Part shown: in pieces, positions 1-10,226 of the stretch | Layout: every line of letters starts with the position of its first letter | Numbering within the stretch: the first letter of the stretch is position 1 | Assembly: GCF_006345805.1 (NCBI RefSeq) | Contig: NC_043026.1 | Location: 7,998,001-8,062,000, forward strand | Length of the DNA stretch: 64,000 nucleotides | Direction: 5' to 3' | From: Octopus sinensis | Lineage: Eukaryota | Translations under genes and position numbers: made by a program | The notes under the pieces: generated by a model | Seen by the model: the letters and a program-made list of their open reading frames with translations, nothing else | Told to the model about the DNA's origin: nothing | Database searches by the model: none

Positions 1-580
1 GGGTATGACTCCTTCGTGAACAACTTGATATGAGTGAGTAGACCATTACCCACACACGCCAAGATATTTTAAGGATCTCAGCAGTGATTCCTGATGGGCT
101 GGGGCCTTTCCCTGTTTACATATTCTTAATTGCTTTCTCTATCAAGATACTGTCGCTTTGGATAGCTGGTCCCTCAGTTGGGTCAACATTTGGCAGAGTC
201 TCCTCCCATTCATTCTCCACGTCCAGCAGTCTTTCATAATGGAATTTCTAAGCCTCTTTCCTTGCCAAATCATTAAATGCTAGTGAACCATCATCCATGT
301 GGACACATTTCTCTCCTATGACATCACAAATCTCTCTCATACACTGTCTTGCATTCCAAAACACTTCAAGACTCTGGTTCTCATGTCGCTAAACATAGGC
401 AAACTTCTTTTCTGCTTCTCTCTTGGCTAGATAGACCTGTCCCCTAGCTTTCCTTCTGGTTATCTGATACGGTTTCCTCCTACCCCCAATCTTCTTTGCT
501 CTAATGGCCTTGTCAACAGCATTGTTCCTCTACCATGTCACCCTAGGTCTGGATGGGACTTTGCACCAGCAGCAGATTTG
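1..580 (-). mobile_element. RTE-clade LINE fragment (region upstream of the RT core), degraded
   Basis: The minus strand translates, with stops, to WWNNAVDKAIRAKK...GEKCVHMDDGSLAFND...PAIQSDSILIEKAIK...GITAEILKI...GVIP. It aligns by eye with the plus-strand RTE fragment at 42.1-42.8 kb. Confidence 0.85.
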
Positions 581-689
581 GTACGTACATATGTAAACAT
601 ATATATATATGTGTGTATGTATGTATATGTATATGTACAAATATATGTATGTATGTGTATACGTGTGTGTATTAAATTACTGGACCAGC

Positions 690-1608
690 TTATAAATGTC
701 CCTGCAAGAGCCGTAGCCCAGTTAATGAAGAAGACAGTTAACAATGAGTACAGCGAGATGAATTTAGTGTGCGAGTGCGAGTTCAATCCTGGGTCAGTCA
801 TGAGACCTCTCTTATTTTTCATAGTCGTCAAGGCCATAACGGAGGAATTTAAAACTGGTTACCCATGGGAACTCCTCTATGATGAAGATCTTGTTCTTAC
901 AGCTGAAACTTAGGAGAATTAATTTGAGAATTCCAAATGTGAAAACAAAACCAGGAATGAAAGGGTCTTAAAGTTAAGTTGGCAAAGACCCAAGTTCAAG
1001 TTAGCAGAAAAATAGGACAGTAATCCGTTTGGGTAAATGACCCTGTTCCATGTATAGACAAGGTGTAGGCAGAAATTGCTTACAATGTCCTCAGTGCAAA
1101 CCATGGACGCATAAGAGGTGTAGTGGTATGAGAGGAATGTAAAGAGAGAGAGAACAGAAGTTGTTTGTGGCAGATGTGCAGGAGCAATATGTAATAAGAG
1201 AACATGGGAAATAGATGTTGTGGAATACCTAGGAGGCTCCCTAGAAATAGTAGGCAGATTCTGTTATCTAGGTGAGCTAATTAACAGTGGAGGAGGATAG
1301 ACTGAAAGGATAGTTAGTGGAATAAGATGTGAGTGGAGAAAGCTTAGAGAACTTTTATGTAAGTTGGTAATGAAAGACTTTTCTCTCAGAGTGAAAGGTA
1401 GGTTGTACGATGCCTATATACAAACAGCAAAGCTACACAGTTGTGAAAGTTAAGTGTTGAATGCAGAAGATATAGAAAGAGAAGAAACTAGCATGCTCCA
1501 CTGGATGTGCAATACCAGGGTGCTTTTAGGACAAAGAAATGTGCTGAGAAAATTGGAGACATCGGATGTGGTGTACAAGATAGATGACTGCGCTGGCATG
1601 GTCATGTA
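690..1608 (+). mobile_element. RTE-clade LINE fragment (RT core C-half plus thumb), degraded
   Basis: PGSVMRPLLF..AITEEFKTGYPWELLYDEDL (a degenerate QGSxLSPLLF/YADD), then a Cys-rich segment, FCYLG, VKGRLY and LRWHGHV. It is cut at ~1608 by a CR1-like element. Confidence 0.85.
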
Positions 1609-2185
1609 AGGTGGACAGAGGTGGAGGAAATGGTCTGATGACATTTTGGCACCTTGGACTGGCAGGTTCTAAGGATCGAGGAGCTCATTCTGTGAACCAT
1701 ATTGACTTTAGTGTTGATGAGAACACTCCAGTCGAGACTGTTTCCAACAGCTACTCCTAAGTCTCTACTTTTGGATGCTGTGAGTAGTTCCTCTGATGGA
1801 AGAGAATATGGTCGGCTGAGGGCATTCTCTTTTGCAAACTGCACGTGTTCAGTTTGGTCTTCTTTGCTGCTTCAGTGTGTGAGACAGTTATGGTCGAGAT
1901 AATATGCTGAGGGTTGACCCCGTTCACATCCCTTGCATCAATATCAGTGGGATCGCTAAAGGCAGGACAGTATTGTTTCTGTAGTACTTGAGCCATGTCT
2001 TTAGCGTTGTGGTGGAGAATCCTGTTATTGTCTCTCAATGGACCTACGGGTGGGGCAGCGGTCTTATGCTTGCTATGCATCAACAATGAAGTCAATATAG
2101 CTTGCAGGACGAGCTCCTGGATCCTCGGAACTTTCCAGTCTGGAGAGCAAGATGCAATTGTTCCCACACTCTCCTCTTTTGAGCA
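1609..2185 (-). mobile_element. CR1/L2-like LINE, inverted 5' part with the RT core deleted
   Basis: Minus ORFs give VGPLRDNNRILHHNAKDMAQVLQKQY (pre-RT), joined near 1865 to YSLPS..SRDLGVAVGNSLDWS..ILRT (post-RT). Confidence 0.75.
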
Positions 2186-2760
2186 GCCACACCTAAAATG
2201 ATGCTGCCCCCTACGGTCCCCAACCCCTGCCCCACACCACACAAAACATTAAGAGAAATGAGTCACTCCAGAGAGCAATCATTAAAGAAATACAAAGTAT
2301 GACTCGTCTTGATTATTGGGACCACATTAAAGCATTGAAACTTTATTCTCTCCAAAGCCATCTTGCACGATGTGGCGAATACATGACCAGCATTGCTGAA
2401 ACAACATTAATATTTGATTCAGAATACATCCAGGGCTAGGGTGGCCACGTGCCACATGGCCCCTACACAATTCAGGATCACAACAAATAAATCCACAGCA
2501 ATATAATTCTTTTCCTCAACAGGACCCTATTCCATATAATGTTATCCAAAAACAAATCAAAGAAAAAAAAAAACTATCCCATTCCCTTTAAATGAAACCT
2601 GGACAAATTTCCTCAGGGGATACCAGAGAAACCCCCAATACCTGGGTACATCTCACTCAACAACTCCTTACATGATTGGGGCTCAATACCACCAAATATG
2701 ACTTGAAAACGATTTAATAGATCCTATCAGGGGATGCTATTAAGTCAGACATGGTTGGGG
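2186..2760 (+). mobile_element. CR1/L2-like LINE 3' end (same element as 1609-2185, opposite orientation)
   Basis: The plus strand gives PHLK*CCPLRSP..TQNI..QRAI..RLDYWDHIKALKLYSLQ..LDKF..IPEKPPIPGY..NNSL, the typical CR1/L2 ORF2 C-terminus. Confidence 0.75.
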
Positions 2761-2899
2761 CTAGTCTTTGGCCAAAATGTATTTCAGTTTTTAAATTGAT
2801 ACATACATATATAGACATACGTACGTACATATGTATGTATGTATCATAATCATCATCTAACATAGCTTGTTTCCAGTTTATGTGTGTGTGTGTGTACTA

Positions 2900-3240
2900 T
2901 ACTAGTTTCAGTCATTAAACTACGCCCATGATGGAGCAATGCCCTGATGACATTTAGTCAAACGAATCAACTCCTGTACTTACTATGTTTTAAGACTAGA
3001 ACCTATTCTGTCGATCTCGTTTTGCCAAGTCGCTAAGTTACAGGAACATGAACACACCAATACTGGTTGTCAAGCAGTGGGAGGGGAGAGACAAACACAC
3101 ACTTGGAGATGATGGGCTTCTTTCAGTTTCCGTTTACCACATCCTCTCACAAGGTTTTTCTCAGCCTGTGGCTGTAGTCGATGACAATTGCCCAAGGTGC
3201 CATGCAATGGGACTGAACCCAGAACCATGTGGCTTTACAA
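2900..3240 (-). mobile_element. tRNA-derived SINE, family A (diverged)
   Basis: Reverse-complement match to the intact family A copies at 60550-60945 and 61605-62005 (GGGTTCAGTCCCA B box, GGCACCTTGGGCAAG core). Confidence 0.75.
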
Positions 3241-3658
3241 AGTGATACTACACACACACATACACAGTTATCATAGCTGTTGCTCTTGTATACACACACC
3301 GTACACCCATTAACGCCCCCTTACCTACCCCCAACTCCTCTTTATATATCTTCTGTGATATTGCACCCCTATCAGCTCTTATCCTGTTTGCAGACCCTCC
3401 TCCCTGCCACCTGCCATCATTTATTGTGAAATTCTCTTCAACTTTGAGATTTGCCAAAGAAATAAGAGATTGCAATATCAGAGGAAACAATGACTCCTTG
3501 CCATTATCTCCTTCACCTCAACTACCAACACCACTGCATTGCACACACGCCCTTGCCTACACATCCATCTAGCTAATAGTCTCTTTCTGTCCTTCTCTCT
3601 TTCTGTCTGTCTCTCTTTCACTCCCCTCTCTCTCTCTCTCTCTCTGTCTATCTCTCTC

Positions 3659-3729
<71 letters not shown>

Positions 3730-3733
<4 letters not shown>

Positions 3734-3880
3734 GTTAGGGAGCTTGCTTCCTAGCTACATGGTTTCGGGTTCAGTCCCCCTGCGTGGCACATTGGGCAGG
3801 TGTCTTCCACTATGGCCCCGAGCCAACCGAAGCTTTGTGATTGAATTCGGTAGGCGGGAGTTACTGCCCTGTGTGTATGT
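3730..3880 (+). mobile_element. SINE family A head fragment
   Basis: TGGTTAGGGAGCTTGCTT..GGGTTCAGTCCC..GGCACATTGGGCAGGTGTCTT matches the family A 5' region. Confidence 0.7.
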
Positions 3881-3994
3881 GTGTGTATAGCTGCTCAGTG
3901 CCACTCCGAAAGAGAGAGAGGGATATATATATATATATATATATATCATAAATCTCTGAGCAAGGTATGAACTGTAACTGCACAACATTGTGTA

Positions 3995-4372
3995 GTATAT
4001 TTGCCACCTAAATGTGGCTAACCCTTAAGGGTTGATGCTACTGTAGCTTGTAGCCCCAGGAAGACATCTCCTCCAGCTGGCTATTGACACACTTTCTGTG
4101 CCCTATCAGTATTTGCAAAGGGAAGCTGTCCTTCCCATCTTCAACCTGACGTGATACACACGGACCCGAGTTTCTGGACATTGACCTGTCCAGAAACTCC
4201 GGTCCATGTGTATAATGTCAGACTGGAGAAGGGAACGATGGCTTCCCTTTGCAAATACTGATAGGGCACAGAAAGTGTTTCCATAGCCAGCTGGAGGAGA
4301 TGTCGTCCTGGGGCTACAAGCTACAGTAGCATCAACCCTTAAAGGTTAGCCACATTTAGGTGGCAAATATAC
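3995..4372. mobile_element. Foldback (palindromic) MITE, ~378 bp
   Basis: GTATATTTGCCACCTAAATGTGGCTAACC...GGTTAGCCACATTTAGGTGGCAAATATAC. The arms stay complementary, with scattered mismatches, up to the centre near 4183. Confidence 0.85.
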
Positions 4373-4419
4373 CTCACGGTATATATATATGTATATTTAT
4401 ATATATTTTAGTGGGGTAG

Positions 4420-5090
4420 GTCGACTTCATTGACCCTGCTGCCTCACTGGTACTTTCTTTATCGACCCTGAAAGAATTAAAAGCAATGTCAACTTTGGCA
4501 GAATGTGAACTGAGAGCGCAAAGATGGACGGAATGGCGCTAAGCATCTTGTCCGATTTGCTCACGACTCTCCAAGCTTGCCCCGGCAGAATCGCTAGCAC
4601 ACCGGGAGAAATGATTAGCAGTATTTCGTTTGCCTTCACATTCTGAGTTCAAATTCCGTCTACCAAATCCACTCAGAAGGCTTTGGTTGGCCCGAGGCTA
4701 TGGTACAAGACACTTACCCAAGGTGCCATGCAGTGGGATTGAACCCAGAACCACACAGTTGGGAAGCAATCTATACAGATATACACATGTATTCTTTTAT
4801 TCTTTTACTTGTTTCAGTCATTTGACTGCGGCCATGCTGGGGCTTCACCTTGAAGCGTTTTTGTCAAACAATTCGACCCCCCCCCAGGTAAGTATTCTAT
4901 CAGTTGCTTTGCCGAACCGCTGAGTTATGCAGACATCAATACACCGACTCCTGTTCTCAAGCGCTGATGAGTGGACAAACGCAGACACACACACACGTTT
5001 ATATTTGTGTGTGTGTCTGTGTTTGTCCTCCGACCAGCGCTTGATAGCCGATGTTGGTTTGTTTATATCCCCATAACTTAGCAGCTCTGC
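4420..5090. mobile_element. Cluster of nested SINE fragments (family B on both strands, family A on minus)
   Basis: Family B motifs (TTCTGAGTTCAAATTCC, GTCGACTT) and family A motifs (CCAAGGTGCCA, CAGTCATTTGACTGCGGCCATGCTGG). Confidence 0.65.
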
Positions 5091-5469
5091 CTGTAAACAT
5101 TCAGTGATGCTCTACATATCGCCAATAGCTTACCGGCTGCTATTTCTAGCAATGATCGTACTTCGTGTACGCCTGCTTTCTATATTTATAATTCTACCTT
5201 TTATGGTGCTTTATTCTTGCTGAGCAATAAAATTATTTTTAATAATATTTATATTTGTATATATATACACACATGTGTATGCATACCACTTCTACATACA
5301 CTCATTTATGTGTGTACGCATATATACATATATGCATTTACGCGTGTAGAATCATACATCTCCCTCTCTCTGTATCTATCAACTCACTGAAAATGTTCAA
5401 CACTTGATATTTCCTTTATAGTGAATTCTTGTGTAGTAAATACACACACACACACACACACACACTTTA

Positions 5470-5790
5470 TCGGTTGCATATTGATAGTGTATGTGTTTTG
5501 TTTATCCGCCAGTTTGTTGCGGGATAGCATTCTGGGGAGACTCCCTACATAACGACAGGTGTTAAAGAACACTGAATGTATGATACCCAGGATCTACAAT
5601 AATGGGGAAATATCGATATCTACCATTCCAGCTCATGTAGGGGACAGTTCTCTGTCCTGCTCGGAGACATTCAGTGTTTTTTAACACTTGGGGTCGGGTA
5701 AGGAGATTTCCCTCAATGCTATTCCGTGATAAATGTGTGTATAAAGATAATATATACACTATGCATGTACAGCCGAGAATGTTTGTATAT
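5470..5790. repeat. Diverged inverted-repeat element (MITE-like)
   Basis: GTGTTAAAGAACACTGAATGT (~5560-5580) versus ACATTCAGTGTTTTTTAACAC (~5668-5688). Imperfect complementarity extends outward (ATAGCATT/AATGCTAT). Confidence 0.55.
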
Positions 5791-5799
5791 ACAAGTACC

Positions 5800-7010
5800 T
5801 GGATGTCTGGGTCATATTTGACGATCTGCTATGTCTTGTTTCTTAAGGAACCACTTGATATGTTGGCGATCAGTGAAAGGTATCGTTGAGAAAAACAAAG
5901 TTAGCTGAGATGGAGGTGTGGCAGGCATCTGCATATTAGAAACGAGTTACCTGTATCATTATGATTCAACCCAGGTACCCAAATGCCAACATCCTGACTG
6001 GTGCTCAACGCTTTGTGAACATTTTTAAGGCTGTAACACGTGACATGGAGAACTGCAATGGAGACTACGACACCATGGCCAGAAGGAAAGGGTACATCAG
6101 TGGTCCTGACTGGATCTGAATGCCAAGGTTCATCCCACAACGGCAGGGGAAGGGGATGTAAGACCCAAACAAAGGAATGTGGGCTTTGGTGAGCGGGATG
6201 GGTGTCAGAGTTGCCACTGTGAAGCTGATCCTGAAGAAGGACCTGTGCTACCACTACACGAGTGGTAGCAAAGGACAAATTCTGATAGCCAGTTCAAGGA
6301 GGACCTCCTGACCAAGGCCAAAAGATCTCCTGAACAAGGTAAGGCATCCCGTGAACCAAGAATTGTCTGGTTATTCACAGTTGTAAGAAAACAAATCCAC
6401 GTGATATGCTGTGTATCATGAAAAACAAAGTTTCCCAAAACAGTGACTGTTTTTGAGGGTATCTTGAGTGAGGGTGACATCATGCTACCCCTCAGGGCTT
6501 TTGGGTCAATTCTAATGGTTATGTGGAGACTCTGTTGAAACCCTGGCTGGAGAAATTTCTGCTGGAATGCCATATGTGTGGCAGCAGGATTACTATGTCT
6601 CCATACTTCCAGAAATAATCAAAAGTGGTTGTCGGAGAATTTCTTTGACTTCACCAGCCCCCATTTCTGAATTTCTAAACCCCCTGATTGCAAATCCATG
6701 GATTATTATGTGTGTGGCGCAGTTGGGAAAGACATGAACCGCTCTCTCTGCAACACAAAGTCTGAGCTGATGGCCAAGATGAAGAAGGCATTCGAAGATC
6801 ATCTGAGGAACTCAATGAGGAACACAAGTGCTTGGTTCCAGAGACACCTTGAGGCCCTGGTGGCAGTTGGGGGTGGCTACTTTGATTAAACTCTTTTATC
6901 CCAACCGTAACATGGTTGATTTTTCATTATTTAAAAATACTTTTACTTTTGGATGGGATATGGTCCTTTCATTTCCATTTGTGCAAACTGTCAAATATCA
7001 CCCCAAGATG
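5800..7010 (+). mobile_element. Tc1/mariner-superfamily (maT/mori DD37D-like) transposon fossil
   Basis: Degenerate transposase: GVRVATVKLILKKDL, KTKFPKTVTVF..SEGDIM, KPWLEK..YVWQQD, NPMDYYVCGAVGKDMN..GGYFD*. Confidence 0.75.
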
Positions 7011-7192
7011 AAGGATGAGCCCCTAAGTGGCTTTTCAATCCCAAAAAACTGTTTGAAATTTGCATCACAAACAATGCAAATAAGTTTCACATCAAGTGGT
7101 ACAGTGTTGTTTGTCTTGTCTGATTTATGGATATTTAAATGCCTTTTTAGACCAAGGCAGGACTTAAATGTCTTATTACAAATATGACACAT
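7010..7192 (-). pseudogene. Two C2H2 zinc-finger motifs, probably the C-terminus of an RTE-type LINE
   Basis: CHICNKTFKSCLGLKRHLNIH is a perfect C2H2 motif. The second, CIVCDANFK..GLKSHLGAH, is restored by removing 1 nt from a T run. The LINE origin is inferred. Confidence 0.55.
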
Positions 7193-7194
7193 GA

Positions 7195-7405
7195 AAGGCG
7201 GTGAGTTGGCAGAAACGTTAGCACACCAGGCGAAGTGCTTAGGGGTATTTCGTCTTTACGTTCTGAGTTCAAATTCCGCCGAGGTCGACTTTGCTTTTCA
7301 TTCTTTCGGGGTCGATAAATTAAGTACTAGTTGCATACTGGGGTCGATCTAATCGACTAGCCCTGTCCCCCAAAATTTCGGGCCTTGTGCCTAGAGTAGA
7401 AGAGA
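7195..7405 (+). mobile_element. tRNA-derived SINE, family B
   Basis: AAGGCGGTGAGTTGGCAGAAACGTTAGC...TTCTGAGTTCAAATTCCGCCGAGGTCGACTTTGC...GGGGTCGAT, same family as 57390-57621. Confidence 0.85.
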
Positions 7406-7593
7406 GCATGTTTGCTAGAATGATCTTACAGCCAGTTTCATGAAGATGAGTTCTCAGATGTGAAGTTAAGCAACTGAGGGATGACACAGTTTCTATGTTT
7501 AGCAAGGGCTTTCTTTGCTGTACTTCTCTTTTTATTTGTCCCTAGTTTTGCTTATTTTCTATAAAATCTTTCCAATTGGTATACACACACGTT

Positions 7594-7625
<32 letters not shown>

Positions 7626-7849
7626 CAAGCGTGCCTGCGTGTGTATTATTCAGATTAATTTGTTTCTTATTTTCCAACATTATTTCAATTCTCCTCAAAA
7701 TATATTTATCCAGACTTTTACGAGTGTTTAGTATGTCTATTTTTCTCTTCAGTTTATGTTTGTCATTTTGAGAGTTCAATAAACTTGACCACCTATCAGG
7801 AAAATGAGGTTGGAGTGTCAAAGAGGATCGATAGAAGGAGCGCATCCAT

Positions 7850-8630
7850 GAGGATTCATGCCAGTTCTTTAGGGAATTGAACCAGCAGATGGGAGGTTCT
7901 CATGGTACCGTCGCGAATCACCTGCACTCGATGGGTAAGGTCCTAAATCTTGTTGCATGGGTACCATACGGTCTGAACAAAAGGGACACACTCCAGGCTA
8001 CCCGTGGACACAGGCCGAGGTTTCTTTACCCCCGATGCCACCGGTGGCTAAAAACGGTGTCTTTACGTGAATATGATGCAGGGGAAAGAATGGCTGGGTT
8101 CCGGCAAGCAAGTAAAGGGCTGCATCCATGCAAAAACAACGATCTGCGTTAGGTGTGATTGGGAGGGGATAATCCACGACGAAATACTGGGGAATAATCC
8201 TACGATCAATGCAGAGCTTTACGTTCGGCAAATGCAGCAGATGAATGAGGCAATCCACCCGAAACAAGGTGATCGCACGCCCCCACTTCACTAATTTAAA
8301 GAAAAAATTCTATTCAAGAGCTCGGTTGGCAAGTTCTAGCACATCCACCACATTCTCCTGATATAGCATCTTCAGATTATCACCTTTTCTTTCAGTCGCT
8401 CTCCGACAGTCTACAAGGCATTTCGTTCAACTACGACATGAAGTTGAAAACATGGCTCGATGAATTCTTCGATTGCAAGACCAGGAAATTTCTACCGTCA
8501 GGGCATTGAGAAGCTAATAAAATATTGGTAAGGATGTGATCAATGAAGGAAAATATTTTATTGACTGATTTGGTAAAAATTATGGATGAAAAAATATGGA
8601 TTAGAATAAATGGGTGGAAAAATGAAAGAA
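7850..8630 (+). mobile_element. mariner (DD34D) transposon fossil
   Basis: SHGTVANHLHSMGKV..AWVPYGL, TTICVRCDWEGIIH..TINAELYVRQ and LAHPPHSPDIASSDYHLF (the YSPDLAPxD motif); frameshifted. Confidence 0.85.
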
Positions 8631-8675
8631 TTTATCTGAGAATGCGATGTGTGTATCTATTATACACGTTGTCTA

Positions 8676-9215
8676 ATCAAGGGCTGTCGCTAAGCCACTG
8701 CAACCCTTGCGGTCGCAGGAAGCCTTCGCGGCTGAGGGGCCCATGTTAAGATCAAAGTACGTAGATGAGTCATCTGTTTACTTTGGTTAAGATATTGAAC
8801 AAGAATTAAACTATGGTAATCCATTGTACCTGCAGAAGTTCTTGTAGAAATATTACATTGTACCACGAACGTGTAGCAGATTTTGTGGATTGTCTATGGC
8901 ATCTATTGAACACGAACCTAGCTCTCAGCTTGATTAATCTGAACTGATCGATGATTTCACGAAGGAAAAGTGCGCCGTATTTGTCTTTGAAAGTTACCTG
9001 GATTATAAAAGTGCCCTTTTATTCATACCTGGAAGTTTTACTGATTGAAATGTGTGACAGACCTGAATAAATTTAACTTTTCGTGTTTTTTAAAGAATGT
9101 TCTTTAGGATAACGCGAGATATTGAACAATGAATTTTGATTGAAGGGATGGGACCTCGAAAGAAAATGTTGCAGGGGTTGGCCTCTTAAACTCATGCAAC
9201 GGAACTTCAGCTAGC
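8676..9215 (+). mobile_element. Probable non-autonomous hAT remnant
   Basis: GC-rich start (AGGGCTGTCGCTAAG..GGGGCCC) and the internal peptide SIEHE..SQLD*SELIDDFTKEKCA, resembling the hAT C-terminal dimerisation region. Confidence 0.4.
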
Positions 9216-9889
9216 GAGATAAATATATGTGTATATATATAAAGTGTGTGTGTGTGTAAACATCAATGTTAATATCGAAGGTGCATCGAAACACACACGC
9301 ATACACACACTGGAACGGGCACACATACCAGTATTAAGGTAAGGGAGATAATTCTATACATATATTCTTAGAGTGATTTCCCCTGGCAATAAGATTTCCT
9401 GCCTCGCAACATTGCACGGAATCATTTTTCCTTTCGTTCTGACAGTGTCTTTCCGTGTTTCTCTCCGATCTTAAACCAATAATAATGATCCCCTCCTACA
9501 TGCTGTCTATCAGTGGGATTTTATGAAACCCCATCTTTTGATAAGCTTTCCATATTAATAAATGTATGGATTAATAAATGTGTGGATTATATTGAAATGA
9601 GATTTACAGCATTTGTCAGGTTAAGAACAGTTTCATCTCCAGCTTCATCGATATCTCCTGATCTAGATAAATATGATGGAAACCAAGCCAGCCATGACTG
9701 TCCCATCATTTCCAGTACATATAATCATTAGTTGTCTAACTGCACAACTTTCCACCATCAATTATTTTTCAGTCAAAACAGATAATTGTGTATTGATGTC
9801 CTCAAGTTTTATTTCTAATGATTATTCTGTAATTTAAATGTTGATCTTAAATTGTAAAATAAACAATCTGTCTTAATATCAGTTTTTGT

Positions 9890-10226
9890 GAAGGCGCATG
9901 GCTCAGTGGTTAGAGCATCGAGCTTACGATCGTGAGGTTGTGAGCTCGAATCCCGGACCGGGCTGCGTGTTGTGTTCTTGAGCAAGGCACTTTATTTCAC
10001 GTTGCTCCAGTTCACTCAGCTGTAGAAATGAGTTGCGACGTCACTGGTGCCAAGCTGTATCGACCTTTGTCTTTCCCTTGGATAACACTGGTGACGTGGA
10101 GAGGGGAGGCCGGTATGCATGGGCGACTGCTGGTCTTCCATAAACAACCTTGCCCGGACTTGTGTCTAGGAGGGTAACTTTCTAGGTGCAATCCCATGGT
10201 CATTCATGACCGAAGGTGGTCTTCTT
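9890..10226 (+). mobile_element. tRNA-derived SINE, family D, near full length
   Basis: A box TGGCTCAGTGG, B-box-like GCTCGAATCC, then GTGTTCTTGAGCAAGGCACTT. Related heads lie at ~48620, ~61290 and ~62200. Confidence 0.8.

Noticed and set aside
9890-9962. tRNA-like sequence with A and B boxes
   Set aside because: It continues directly into a SINE body, has a poor acceptor stem and has related copies elsewhere; it is a SINE head, not a tRNA gene.
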